From Longimicrobiales bacterium (GTDB lineage: Bacteria > Gemmatimonadota > Gemmatimonadetes > Longimicrobiales > Gaopeijiaceae), in the NCBI GenBank assembly GCA_965219445.1, contig CBDCNQ010000004.1, positions 320,001 to 384,000 of the forward strand: a stretch of 64,000 nt of DNA, given 5' to 3'. The notes under the pieces are model-generated. The model searched no databases, was not told the origin of the DNA, and saw only the letters and a program-made list of their open reading frames with translations. Numbering within the stretch: position 1 is the stretch's first letter; every line of letters starts with the position of its first letter. Made by a program: the position numbers and the translations under genes. Shown here in pieces: positions 9,747 through 20,920 of this stretch.

Positions 9747-9775
9747 AACATTTACACACCTATTGACCCAACCTC

Positions 9776-10970
9776 CTCGGGTAACGCCCATATCCTGAGC
9801 AACAACCATGTGATGGCGAACTCCAACAACGCCAGCATTGGGGACAACATCCTGCAACCCGGGCCGTTCGACGGAGGCTCCGCCCCGGCGGACATCATCG
9901 GCACCCTCTCTGCGTTTGAGGAGATCAGGTTCGACGGCAGCAACAACGTCATAGACGCCGCGATCGCGAGCGTCGCCCCGGGCGATGTGATGTCCCATAC
10001 CGGGAATGAGGGATATGGCCAGCCGAGCGCCACAACGGTGGCGGCTACAACCGGCATGTCGGTGACGAAGTACGGCCGCACGACCGAGGCAACCGTCGGC
10101 ACCGTGGATGCAACCAACGCCACGGTCGATGTCTGTTACCAGACGCAAGGCCCATTTCGTTGTAAAAAACTCGCCCGCTATGTGGGCCAGGTCGTCATCA
10201 CCCCCGGCACATTTAGCGACGGAGGGGATTCCGGATCGGGGATCGTGACAAATGACAACAACCTAAACCCGGTGGCACTCCTCTTCGCGGGAAGCTCATC
10301 GTATACGATCGCCAATCCGATCGACGCGGTGTTGAGCGCGTTCAACGTTACGATCGACGACGGCAGTGGCAGTACGGGCGGCAGCGGTGGGGGCAACAGC
10401 TCCCCGACAGCGTCGTTTACGTCCAGTTGCTCGAACCTCACTTGCAGCTTCGACGGATCGGGCTCCTCCGACGACGGTTCGATTGCGAGCTGGGACTGGG
10501 ACTTCGGCGACGGGAGCCCGGCGGAGTCCGGCCCGACGCCCCAACACACTTACAGCGGGAACGGCACGTACAACGTGACGCTGACTGTCACAGACGATGA
10601 AGGTGCAACCGACACGGAGAGCCAGAATGTCTCGGTCACGCAGCCGGCTACGGGTCAGCACGTCGGCGATCTCGACGGTAGCGGCCAAAACAACGGCTCT
10701 ACCTGGACGGCCGTTGTCACGATCACCGTCCACGATGCCAACCACTCGCCGGTCGCGGGGTTCTCGGTGACCGGCTTATGGTCGGGGCCCGTTGCCGGAT
10801 CCGGGGACTGCATCACAGGCCCGAATGGTCAATGCACGGTGAGTCGCGGGGGTATACGGAAGCGGGACGGAAGCGTGCAATATGACGTGACGAATGGATC
10901 GGCGACGGACGACAACCACGACCCGGATGGTGATAGCGACGGGACCACGATTACGGTGACTAAACCGTAG
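9776..10970 (+). pseudogene. 5'-truncated trypsin-like (Nal1-type) serine protease with PKD domain
   Basis: Frame begins at the IS end with 'ILSNNHV' (His), 'IDAAIA' (Asp), 'GDSGS' (Ser), 'K.GRTT', PKD 'WDFGDG'; signal peptide and prodomain absent. Confidence 0.8.
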
Positions 10971-11009
10971 TCCCAGCAGCCGCATGGTCCCGAACGGCGC
11001 ACTGCGAGC

Positions 11010-11399
11010 GTGGACGTTCTTGGTGAGCGCCTGCTCAGTCCTAAGTGCGACGGCCGCAGAGGACAGATCATAAGGGATCCAGCTCTTCTCTCGCTCGTGA
11101 CGATGATCGCACTCTCGTCCTGTACGGGAACGGGAGAAAGAAGCGATAACGCGCCTCTGGAGACGACTGTTGTGCGATCCATCGAAGAAGTTCAGGAGGC
11201 GTTCACTCCAGAGTGGATGGACCTTCCCGGCGTAGTGGGGACGGGTATCGGCCTCTGTGAAGATCAACCATGTATCAAGATCTTCGTTGCCGGGCCGATT
11301 CAACAGCTGGAAGACCGGATTCCGAACGAGATCGACGGTCATCGCGTTGTCCTGGAGGAAACCGGGCGGTTCCAGGCCCGCGACACCGTCGACTCCTGA
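11010..11399 (+). CDS. Putative lipoprotein resembling a stand-alone Nal1-type protease N-terminal domain
   Basis: Lipobox-like LSSC; 'LPGVVGTGIG..CIKIFV..IPNEIDGHRVVLEETG.F.A'; start uncertain. Confidence 0.6.
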   Translation: MDVLGERLLSPKCDGRRGQIIRDPALLSLVTMIALSSCTGTGERSDNAPLETTVVRSIEEVQEAFTPEWMDLPGVVGTGIGLCEDQPCIKIFVAGPIQQLEDRIPNEIDGHRVVLEETGRFQARDTVDS

Positions 11400-11476
11400 G
11401 CAGCCTCACGCGTCACGGTGCTGGCCAATGCACCGGGAACGCCACGAAAAACACGGGCCGACCCCCTCCCCCAAGA

Positions 11477-12707
11477 TCAGAAGAAATACGACAGCGAAAC
11501 GTACCCCACCGGCGGCCGGCCACCGAACTCCGACCCGATCCCGGTAATGGGATCGAGGGTATCGTCTCCGAATCCGAGGAAGAAGCCACCCCGAAGGCTC
11601 GAATTGGCTCCCACCGACCAACTCCCACCGCCCGACACAAGGCCGCTCCCGTCCGCCAAGCTCATGATGGTCAGCAGGTCGATGCCCCACAGTGGACGGA
11701 TTTGGTAGGACGCCTGGACGGCAAGCGCGTCCCGGCCGAGAACCTGAAGCTCTCCCCGCTGGAACGGATCCGACGCAAGAACGTCGAAGAGATCTTCCGA
11801 GCTCGCAGCCCCGAATCCGTCGTGCTGATACTCGGCAATCAGGTAGAGATCTCGTCCCTGGACGGAGACCCGCCGGTCGACGCCGACGGTGCTTCGCACC
11901 ATCACGTCGTCGGCCTCCGATCGGACCGCGACCTCGCTGCGCACGGCCCACGGTCCGAGCGCCCCGACGAAGCTCAGGGCGCCGGCCGGCTCGTCGAATA
12001 TGACTCCTCCCCAGGCGGCGAAGTCCCAACCGAGCCAGTTGGTCTTCCCGCGGGCGAGTGCCGTGATCTGATCGCTCTCGGTCGTAGAGACGGGCCGCAC
12101 CACGATGTCGATCTCACTGAACGGACCGGGATAGGCCCGGAACCGGAGGGCATCGACGCCGGCACGGTACTCCCGGAACGGATCCGCGGGATCGAACGGC
12201 GTGAAGGGGTCGGCAGGCGTGAGGATGATCGTGCTCGCCCATGAAATGACCTGCCGGCCCACGGACAATTCGGTCACCCCACCCAGGGGAACGGTCAGGC
12301 CGAGACGGTCGAAGCGATGCCGCCAGGCAAAGTGGTCCCCCTCGTCTACCGTCCAATACCAGGGTCAACCAATTCCCGCCGGCTTCGGGTACGAGGATCC
12401 CCTCAGCCGTGCCCAGTACGTCGGTGCTGTTCAAGAGCAGCGTGTGCTCATAGGCCACGTCTAGGGCCAGCGGGCCCACGTCCGGTTCCCCCATGAGGCG
12501 GAGGCGCTGAAAGTCCGAGGCGCCCGCATCGCTTACGGGGCTGCTGCCCGCTCCACCCGCCAGATTGAAATAATACGCCGAAACATCCAGGAACTGCGCC
12601 CGCAGGTCTGCGGCAACGAGCGCGACGCTGATCACCGAAGCGACGAGCGCCCACAGGGTCGTCCCACTCCCGGCGCCTGATGGTGAAGTGATTCGGCCGA
12701 TCCTCAA
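11477..12707 (-). CDS. Outer-membrane beta-barrel-like protein, frameshift near 12358
   Basis: Two ORFs join with one extra base: signal peptide, 'RLRL', 'HRFDRL', 'VGRQVISW', 'RAGVDALR', C-terminal YFF. Confidence 0.7.
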
Positions 12708-12737
12708 CGGCGTGCTCTCAAGGACTCCAGCGCATCG

Positions 12738-13535
12738 TCATTCCCTCTCGTCCGATGCAATCCGCCCGTCCACGAGCCTTACCCGACGGCGGGCTCGCTC
12801 CATGACTCGGGGATCGTGAGTCGAGAACAGGAAGGTCGTGCCGTGCTCGCGGTTCAAGCGCTCCATGACATCCAGGAGGGCGTCGCTCGTGCGCGAATCC
12901 AGGTTGGCCGTGGGCTCGTCGGCGAGGACGAGCGTAGGTTGGCCAACGACGGCTCGTGCGACCGCCACCCGTTGTTGTTGGCCTCCCGAGAGCCGGGCCG
13001 GCTTACGATCCGCCAGCCCCTCGAGCCCGATCTCGTCGAAGAGCGCATGCACCCGTCGATGACGCTCCTCGGCCGGCACGCCCCGGAGGAGGAGTGAGAA
13101 CTCGGCGTTCTCGAGTGCCGAGAGCACGGGCAGAAGATTGAAGGCCTGAAAGACGAAGCCGATGCTCTCGAGGCGGAGGCGAGCCAGCTCCTTGTTGGAG
13201 AGCGTCGTAATCTCCAGATCCCCCACCCAAATGCGTCCGCGGGTGGGGCGGGTCAGCCCTCCCAGCATATTGAGGAGCGTGGTCTTCCCGGAGCCCGACG
13301 GTCCCGCCATGGTCATGAAGTCTCCCTCACGAACCTCCAGAGACACCCCGCGGACCGCCTCCACGTCCTCCGGCTCCTGCGGGTAAATCTTCCAAACGTC
13401 TTCGGTCCTGAGGGCGATGTCGGCTGTCGCCACCGGATCGTTGGCAAGGCCCACGGCCGGCTCCTCGGCCGGGTCCTCGACCGGGTCCTCGACCGGGTCC
13501 TCGAACGGATTCTCCTGCGGGGTCTCGCTCGTCAT
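12738..13535 (-). CDS. ABC transporter ATP-binding protein (LolD/MacB-like)
   Basis: [31 protein letters not shown]. Confidence 0.93.
   Translation of the reverse strand: MTSETPQENPFEDPVEDPVEDPAEEPAVGLANDPVATADIALRTEDVWKIYPQEPEDVEAVRGVSLEVREGDFMTMAGPSGSGKTTLLNMLGGLTRPTRGRIWVGDLEITTLSNKELARLRLESIGFVFQAFNLLPVLSALENAEFSLLLRGVPAEERHRRVHALFDEIGLEGLADRKPARLSGGQQQRVAVARAVVGQPTLVLADEPTANLDSRTSDALLDVMERLNREHGTTFLFSTHDPRVMERARRRVRLVDGRIASDERE
13469..13504. repeat. 12-bp tandem repeat x3 (CCGGGTCCTCGA) encoding (V/F)EDP repeats
   Basis: Three perfect units plus degenerate flanking units in the N-terminal extension of the ATPase. Confidence 0.9.
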
Positions 13536-14809
13536 TCGAATTTCAGTGCCTCTCCGACATCGATCCTCGTCGCGTGATAGGCGGGATAAATCGACGCCGC
13601 GATCCCCACGAGGGCGATGGACACGAAACTCTGAAACAGCTGCATCATGCGAAACTCCGGAACGATGACGGGATCCATGACGATGCCCGAGAAGGTGAAC
13701 TCCTCGTCCATGAAGAACGAGAAGTCCAGCCCGTCGTGGAAGAAGCCCCAGGTCACCGCCACCCCGACAATGATGCCGACGACACCCGCGAGCGCCGTGA
13801 GCAACAGCCCCTCGACGAAAACGACGAGCCCCGTCTCCGCCGGGGTGAGGCCCAGAGCCTGGAGCACGCCGAACTCCCGCTTCCGGTAGAGTACGGCCAT
13901 GAGTACCGTATTGAGCACGGCCAGAGCGACGATGGCAAACAGAATGCCGTGAAAGACATAATCGGCATAGTCATCGATGCGTACCGCAGCATCGAGCTCC
14001 GGATAGGCCTCCTGCCAGCTCAACACCCGGACGTCGTCATCCCCGAGACCCGAGCGGACGGCGATATCCGAGCGGACGGCGCTCACCACCTGAGGTACCA
14101 TCTTACTCCGCGGCAGGATGGCGCCCACCGTGGTCGCCGCACCCCCCGCCCCGAGCCAGGACCGGGCGGTAGAGATGGGAATGTGGACCAAGCTCTCGTC
14201 CACTTCCGGCAGTCCCGTACGAAAGACCCCAACTACCCGGACCAGCTGCCCCTCGATTTCGCCGTCGGTCGACTGGGCCGTCAGTACGAAGCGGGACCCG
14301 AGCGACAGGCCCAGACGTTCGACCAGTCCCGTTCCCACGTAGGCGGCCAGGCGGTCATCGAGCTCCAGGTATCGGCCCTCCATGACTGTTTCCGCGGCGT
14401 GGGAGAAGCCGGCTTCCGCCTCGGGGTCCACTCCGTCGATCATGACGGGAAGAGCAGACGATGCTGAACTGGCGAGCCCGCTCGTGGAGAGACGGACGGT
14501 TGTGGCCAACGGCGCGAGTTGCTCATCCAGCGCGGCCAAAGCCGCCAGGGCAGCGCTGGCCTCGCTGCCGGAAAGTCGGTCATCCAGGCTCCTACTCTCC
14601 CGGAAGCCCGGAGCCTGGAACAGGACATGTCCCGAGCCCATCCGAACACCCGTGTTGATCCAGTCCTCGTGGCCCCCATCGGCAAGCGAACGGGAGAACA
14701 TGAGAAGGGCCAGGCCGAGCGCCATGGCCGAGGCGGTGAGCAGGCTCCTCCTCGCTTCCCGCAGGACGCCGCGGCTGGCGAGCCGCAAGAGCGTGGGAGT
14801 ACGTCTCAC
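13532..14809 (-). CDS. ABC permease (FtsX/LolE-like)
   Basis: 'RRSLLT', periplasmic MacB domain, 'RKREFGVLQALG'; ATGA overlap with next gene. Confidence 0.9.
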   Translation of the reverse strand: MRRTPTLLRLASRGVLREARRSLLTASAMALGLALLMFSRSLADGGHEDWINTGVRMGSGHVLFQAPGFRESRSLDDRLSGSEASAALAALAALDEQLAPLATTVRLSTSGLASSASSALPVMIDGVDPEAEAGFSHAAETVMEGRYLELDDRLAAYVGTGLVERLGLSLGSRFVLTAQSTDGEIEGQLVRVVGVFRTGLPEVDESLVHIPISTARSWLGAGGAATTVGAILPRSKMVPQVVSAVRSDIAVRSGLGDDDVRVLSWQEAYPELDAAVRIDDYADYVFHGILFAIVALAVLNTVLMAVLYRKREFGVLQALGLTPAETGLVVFVEGLLLTALAGVVGIIVGVAVTWGFFHDGLDFSFFMDEEFTFSGIVMDPVIVPEFRMMQLFQSFVSIALVGIAASIYPAYHATRIDVGEALKFE

Positions 14810-16077
14810 AGGCCAGCGAGGGCATCGGCGGGCGGTATGCTCACCGCTCGGTACGCCGGATAGAGGGCCGACAAGACCGAGGTGATGAGAAGACCGGCCG
14901 CACTCGCCAAGGGACCATTCAACGAATAATCGGCGCGAAGCACCGGCCGGACGATGGACCCGGCCATGGTGAAGTCGCCGAACAGGTTGGAGAGGTCGGG
15001 CGGATAGTTGTGGAGCCAGTACAGCACGGGCACGGACAGCGCGGCCCCAGCGGCGAGGGCCAAGATCCCCAGGATCATCCCTTCGAAGACCACCGTGCGA
15101 GCTACGCTCGATGGATTCGTGCCCAGGGCAAGCACGACGGCGAACTCCCGGCGACGCTCGAACGTCCCCAGAAGTATGGTGTTCGCGACCCCGAAGACCG
15201 CCATGATGAAGACGATGCCGACGACGATTCCGTTGGCCGCCCCGGCGAGGTCCGCGTATGCGGCGAGCTCAGCGCGAAAGACGGTCCAGGGCCGCGGAGA
15301 CACCGGATAGTCGAGTCCACGGACGTCGATTGCGGCGGCGAGTGAATCCCCCAGAGCCGGTGCGCTCCACGCATCCTCCACGGCGGCAGCCACTTCGTGG
15401 ACCCGGTTTTCCGGCAGGGCGAGAAGCTCCTGGAAGGACCGGATGGGAAGGATCCCGAGCGATCTGTCGAGCGCGCTCATGCCCGTCTCGAACACACCGC
15501 TCACCCGGTAGAGGTCATTGCCGAGCGAGCCATCCGCCGCGGGAGTCACCAGGACGACCTCTGCTCCGACCCCGACATCGAGAAGGTCGGCCATATCCCT
15601 CCCGATGAAGATCTCCCGTTCACCCGCTCGCGGAGCGCGGCCCTCGGCCGGAGTCGCGAGGAGCCGCGTCACCTCCCCCTCCCGATCGGGATCCACGCCC
15701 ACCAGCATGCCGGCCACGGTCTCGGTACCCGAGCTCACCAACCCCCCTCCGTAGACCCGGGGCGAGGCAGCCACGACACCGGGAGTCTCCCGGGTGAGGC
15801 GAACCAGCTCGTCCACGTCGATGCCTTCTCGACCACCGAGCGTGGCGTACATGCTCCGCTCGGGATAATAGTCGGGAGCGTGAAGCTGCAGCTGACCCGA
15901 AACCAGATTGGTTCCAGTCTCGATCATCTCCCCGATCATGCCGTGCCAGATCCCGATCATGGTCACGGAGGCCAGGTAACCGAATGCGAGGGCGGAGGCG
16001 GTGATCAGCGTGCGCTTTCGGTTACGCCAAAGGTTGCGCCACGCCAGGCGCCACCAGATCCTCCGATCGTCGATCAT
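14806..16077 (-). CDS. ABC permease (FtsX/LolC-like)
   Basis: 'LAWRNLWRNRKRTLIT', 'ERRREFAVVLALG', 'LYPAYRA'. Confidence 0.9.
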   Translation of the reverse strand: MIDDRRIWWRLAWRNLWRNRKRTLITASALAFGYLASVTMIGIWHGMIGEMIETGTNLVSGQLQLHAPDYYPERSMYATLGGREGIDVDELVRLTRETPGVVAASPRVYGGGLVSSGTETVAGMLVGVDPDREGEVTRLLATPAEGRAPRAGEREIFIGRDMADLLDVGVGAEVVLVTPAADGSLGNDLYRVSGVFETGMSALDRSLGILPIRSFQELLALPENRVHEVAAAVEDAWSAPALGDSLAAAIDVRGLDYPVSPRPWTVFRAELAAYADLAGAANGIVVGIVFIMAVFGVANTILLGTFERRREFAVVLALGTNPSSVARTVVFEGMILGILALAAGAALSVPVLYWLHNYPPDLSNLFGDFTMAGSIVRPVLRADYSLNGPLASAAGLLITSVLSALYPAYRAVSIPPADALAGL

Positions 16078-16872
16078 CTACCTCTCGCGGCGGAGGTTCC
16101 GAAGCGAGAAGAAATCCTCGTCGAGGCCCGTGTCGAACTCGAGCTCGTGGTAGCGCACGACGGTGGTCTCGTCCGGCTTGTCGGCCGGCTCAACCGTCAT
16201 GACCGTGGGGACCAGCCGCGAGTCCATCACGCGATTTTCGCTGAACGTCATCGTCCGAACGAGCTCGTCGGACTCGTCGTAGTATCGAGCCCATGTCGGC
16301 AATAGATCTTCTTTCATCACCTGGTAGCGGATCTTACCCCAGACGACCGGAGCCTCAGGGAGAGGCACGAGCACGAATTCCCATACGTCGAGCCCGTCAC
16401 GGGGACCCTCGTATTCGATTTCGATCTCGTAGTCGTCGACGAGCCGGCTCTCCTTCACGAGATCGTCATTGGTGAAGTGCGAACCCATCCACGAGCCCAT
16501 CATCATGGAAGACGGCACCTTGATGGTGCGGTCCACACGAGGGAGGTAGTTCCAAACTTCCTGTCCGGCCCTGAGGGTGGCCATTCCGGCCTCTTTCTGC
16601 GGCGTCTCGACCCGGATGAGGGCGTGTTCGGTGCCGAGCGACCAGGCCCGCAGCGTCAGGGAGCGGTCCCAGTTTTCCGTCCGAATGTCCATCGTGAACC
16701 GGGCGAGACTCGACTCTCCCCTCATGAGCCGGTCCACACGGTCGACAATCTCTCGAGCGCTCTGGGCATGCGCGGGGAAAGGCGCAAACGAGCCTCCCAG
16801 GAGGCCCAGCGAGATGGTGAGGATCGCGCGCCTGCCGGGCGTCACTGTGGCCCTGCGAAGGTGTAGCACCAC
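16078..16872 (-). CDS. Outer-membrane lipoprotein-sorting protein (LolA-like)
   Basis: 'WNYLPRVDRTIK..SWMGSHFTNDD', C-terminal 'FFSLRNL'. Confidence 0.88.
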   Translation of the reverse strand: MVLHLRRATVTPGRRAILTISLGLLGGSFAPFPAHAQSAREIVDRVDRLMRGESSLARFTMDIRTENWDRSLTLRAWSLGTEHALIRVETPQKEAGMATLRAGQEVWNYLPRVDRTIKVPSSMMMGSWMGSHFTNDDLVKESRLVDDYEIEIEYEGPRDGLDVWEFVLVPLPEAPVVWGKIRYQVMKEDLLPTWARYYDESDELVRTMTFSENRVMDSRLVPTVMTVEPADKPDETTVVRYHELEFDTGLDEDFFSLRNLRRER

Positions 16873-17249
16873 GCCTCTCCCTCCAGCACGGTCTCCCCAT
16901 CCTGACGTCGCACGGTGATCCCCAACTGCGTGACCGGCTTCGTGTCGTGCGCGCTCAAGACCTCCGCCTCAGCGGTAATCGTGTCATCGAGGTAGACCGG
17001 CGCCGTGAACTTCCAGTCTTGGCTCATGAAGACCGTACCCGGTCCGGGCAGGTCCGTGGCCACCAGCGCGTGCAGGAGACCGGTTGTGAGCCCGCCCTGG
17101 ACGACGAGCCGGCCAAATGGCGTGGCAGCGCAGAAATCCTCGTCGAAATGAAGTGGGTTGCGGTCGCCGCTGAGTTCCGCGAATCGCTCGACGTGTTCAG
17201 CGGTGAGTGTCAGGCTACGGGTTGCCCGGTCTCCAACACTGATGTCCAT
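16842..17249 (-). CDS. MaoC-family (R)-hydratase/dehydratase
   Basis: 'FAELSGDRNPLHFD', 'LPGPGT..F.APV'; GAGGTG RBS before ATG 17249. Confidence 0.9.
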   Translation of the reverse strand: MDISVGDRATRSLTLTAEHVERFAELSGDRNPLHFDEDFCAATPFGRLVVQGGLTTGLLHALVATDLPGPGTVFMSQDWKFTAPVYLDDTITAEAEVLSAHDTKPVTQLGITVRRQDGETVLEGEAWCYTFAGPQ

Positions 17250-17344
17250 GAATGCACCTCGGTCGGTAAGCACCTGGTCCAGCATGTCCCCGTGTCGAGG
17301 AACCTAGTCCACGGGACCACTCGAGGGGAACAACCCGCCCTACC

Positions 17345-17758
17345 TCACGCGATATCCTCGAAGCCCTGGGTGTCAAGGTCGCACTGTGACCAGGCCTCGT
17401 CCTTGTGATCGATGTCGCCGCGTAGGAGCTCGTGGAGCATCTCGTGACTCACGACGAAGACGTTCTCCTTGGCGGTGTTCACGACCGTGATGTCGTGCGG
17501 AGGCTCCCAGAGTCCGAGCACGATCTCGCCCTGGAAGACAATGCCCTCCGCTTCGTGCCAGTGCACGAGATCGAAGTCGCCCGACCTGGACGAGCACCCC
17601 TCCACGGTTTCCCACAAGCTCCGGTATTGTGCGGGAGGCTCGAAGCGCTGGCGCTGCGTGAACGCGAGGATCACACTTTCGGTCGGGACCGAGCACGCCG
17701 GCAGCGCCAGCGTTGCGGCGGCTGCCACGATCAGCTCGATTCGTGTATTGGTGTTCAT
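17345..17758 (-). CDS. Small lipoprotein with HExxH motif
   Basis: Lipobox LPAC; 'SHEMLH'; two further Cys. Confidence 0.65.
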   Translation of the reverse strand: MNTNTRIELIVAAAATLALPACSVPTESVILAFTQRQRFEPPAQYRSLWETVEGCSSRSGDFDLVHWHEAEGIVFQGEIVLGLWEPPHDITVVNTAKENVFVVSHEMLHELLRGDIDHKDEAWSQCDLDTQGFEDIA

Positions 17759-17860
17759 GGGGAATGCGGCGACTCGTATGAATGCGACTGTGCCAATTTA
17801 GCAGGTCCGTCCGTTCGTGTTTGCACATAGGAGAGGCACAGCCACATCGAGAAGGCACAG

Positions 17861-20834
17861 ATGCGACCTTTAGGGTTCGGAACGACGGCTCTGGCGGCCA
17901 TGCTCCTGTCGGCCTTGCCCGCCGAAGGGCAAGTGATCACCGGCCGGATTTCGGATGCCCACAACGGGCGGGCGATCGCCGCAGTTCGGGTCTCCCTCTC
18001 TGGCTCGAGTTTGGGAGCACTCTCCGAGGGAAACGGAAAGTACCGGATCCAGAACGTGCCGGCCGGAACGCACACCGCGTCGGTCCAGCGACTCGGATAT
18101 CGGCCCGCATCCCAGGTCGTTGAGGTAGCGCAGGGTCAAGCGGTCGAGCTCGATTTCGAGCTCGAGTCCCAGGGCCTGTCGCTCGATGCCGTGGTCGTGA
18201 CCGGAACCGCCGGGGGCTCTCGGGCACGCGCCGTCGGCCACCTGGTCGAGCGTGTCGACGTGCCGGACCTTCTGAGTGAAGCCGCGGTCTCGACCGTAGA
18301 GGACGTGCTCACGGGAAGGATCCCCGGCGTGATGATGATTGGCTCTCCCAACAGCGCCGGCGACGGCGCCCAGATCCGGATCCGTGGCAGTGCGAGCATG
18401 AGTCTTCTGGGAGATCCCATCTTCTATGTGGACGGCGTTCGAATGATCAGCGACCGGGGCTTCGTCCAGCGGTATTCTGCCACGTCACGGCTCAATGACA
18501 TCGATCTGAGGGATATCGAGAGCATCGAGGTCATCAAGGGTCCTGCCGCTGCCACCCTCTACGGGACCGAAGCCTCAAATGGCGTGATTCAGATCGTCAC
18601 CAAGCGGGGGGAAGTGGGTGCGCCGGTCTTCGACTTTACCGCCGAGACCGGGACGATGTGGCTGCCGGAGCGCTACATCACGAATGGGTGGATTCCCGAT
18701 CCTGCGCTCTGCCCGTCCATACCCTGCGCCAGCGTTGATCAACCGGTCAAGGTCAATCTCATCGAGATCAACAAGGAACGTGGGTTCAGTGACGTCTTCA
18801 CGCATGGCCTCACCCAGAGATACAACGCCTCGGTTCGAGGGGGCACGGAGCTGCTACGGTACTCGGCTTCTCTGAGCCGAAGCGATCAGGACGGGGTCGT
18901 AGACTGGAACTGGGACGAGCGCTCTTCGGTCCGAGCATCAATCCAGGTGAATGCGACCGAGACCTTCAGCTTCACGCTGAACGGAGCCTACTCCGAGTCA
19001 GAGCGGGGGCCTCCGCAGAACTTCTGGGGTGCGAATTTCGCCTGGGGAGGGCAGCCGAACACCATTTTCAATGACCATCCCAACAGAGGATTCCGAACTC
19101 CGCCCGAGGCGCTCGATCCCTCCGTACATAGTGAAATCTTCACTACCAAGCGGACCACTTGGAGTCTGGAACTGAACCACGAAGCCACCAATTGGCTTTC
19201 GTATCGTCTCGTCGCCGGCATCGACGAAATAGACGAAAGGTTCGACGGGTTGGACATCTCTGGAACCTTTTTTGTGCCCGACGCGAGGGAGGAGGAGATG
19301 GAGGTGCGAAAGCGGCAATTGCCAGTAGCGACGTTGGATTTCTCGGGAACCGCGTCGTTCCGCTTCGGCGATGGCTCGTTGGGCTCGGCGAGTTCCTACG
19401 GGGTCCAATACTATCACAGAAGGGACCTATCATCCCAGGTCACTAGCGAGACCCTCACGGCAAGCGCGCCCTCAACGGTAGGGGCGACGATAACAACTGC
19501 GGATAGGTTGCTCTGGGAGAACACGACTCTCGGCGCGTACATCCAGCAGGAGTTCGATTGGGAAAATCGGATCTTCCTTACCGGTGCCATCCGGAGGGAC
19601 GACAACAGTGCCTTTGGAGCGAAGTTCGATAACGCGTTCTATCCCAAAGTCATGACTACCTGGGTGGTGCACGAGGAGGACTTCTGGAACATCGACTGGG
19701 TGAGCCAGCTCCGGCTGAGGGGCGCGTGGGGCGCCTCTGGGCAACAGCCAGACGTGTTCGCGGCGTCGCGCCTCTCCACACGGGGGACGGACACCAACCG
19801 GCGGCCGATTCTGACACCCTCTTCGATCGGGAACCCCGACCTTGGTCCGGAGAGAAGTGAGGAGCTCGAGCTCGGCTTCGACGCTGAGCTGTGGGATGGG
19901 AAGGTCTCCGCAAACTTCACGTGGTTCAGCCGCTCGACGAAAGACGCGATCCTCGCGAGAATTGACGCCTCGTCGGTCGGGATGGGCGGGGTCCGGCCGG
20001 TGAACATCGGAGAAGTGAAGGCTTGGGGCGCCGAGACCAGCCTGAGGGTGAGGGCTCTGGACAGGGAGCCCGTGCAGTGGGACATGGCCATCGCCTTCAC
20101 GACGCTCGGCAATAGGATCGTCGAGATGGGTGAGACCGAGAGGGTTCCGATCGGCCGGAGCAGGGCCCACTACCAGGGATTTCCGATCGCCGCCGTGGCC
20201 GAGAGGCGGATCCTTTCCGCAGAGTTCGTAAACGGCGTAAACGGCCAGATCACGAACATCCTGTGTGACGGCGGAACCGGGAGGAAGGGTCTCGAGCTCG
20301 GTGGCGCCCCGGTGCCCTGTGACAACGCACCGCTACTGGTTTGGGGTCCCATCGGAACCGTCCTGGCTCGTGAACCTGACGTCGACCTGGACGCTGTTCG
20401 ACGATTGGCGGCTGACGGCCAACATCGACGCCCAAGGCGGCCACTGGATGAGTTCCGACTACCTCGCCGCCAGGCACACCAACTTCCATACCTCCCGACT
20501 CACGCACCTTCAGGACAACGCCGTCGGTCAGGCCTACCGCCAGGAAACCCGGAACGGGCTCGCCTACCACAGGGCCGGCTTCGCCAAGCTACGCGAGCTT
20601 ACGTTGGCCTACACGCTCCCCGATGCGGTCACGGACAGGATCGGTGCCACGCGCGCGAATGTGACCCTCGGAGTGCGCAACCTGGCGAGGCTGTGGCTTG
20701 CACAGAAGTTCGTGGAGCGCGAGCGGATCACGGACCCCGAAATGAGCCGACCTGATAACCAATTCGCCGGTGAGTCCGGAGGAGACTGGCCTCCCCTGAG
20801 CTTCTGGTCCCTTCGGATGAACATCACGTTCTAG
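17861..20834 (+). CDS. SusC/RagA-like TonB-dependent receptor, frameshift near 20349
   Basis: CarboxypepD-like N-terminus, plug 'DIESIEVIKGPAAATLYGTEASNGVIQIVTKRG', 'GNPDLGPE', barrel ends 'MNITF' in the shifted frame. Confidence 0.88.
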
Positions 20835-20865
20835 ACCCAGCCTCTCGAGGTTTCGGCGATTCTCG

Positions 20866-20920
20866 TTGCATCCCACCGATTTCCAGTCTATAATGGCACT
20901 AGCCCGAACAAAAACCGAAC
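20866..20920 (+). promoter_or_regulatory. sigma70 promoter (TTGCAT-17-TATAAT) followed by GAAC-N7-GAAC putative LexA box
   Basis: -35 at 20866-20871, -10 at 20889-20894, CCGAAC direct repeat with GAAC at 20906 and 20917, upstream of dnaE2. Confidence 0.7.

Larger units (their letters stand above)
6794..9775 (+). mobile_element. IS256-family element copy 1 (1386 bp) whose left IR is interrupted by an IS110 element
   Basis: Ends defined by identity with 45435-48410; reconstructed IRL GAGCTAGGATCAAAGGGTGTGTAAA vs IRR GAGGTTGGGTCAATAGGTGTGTAAA (20/25); no TSD at this copy. Confidence 0.92.
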
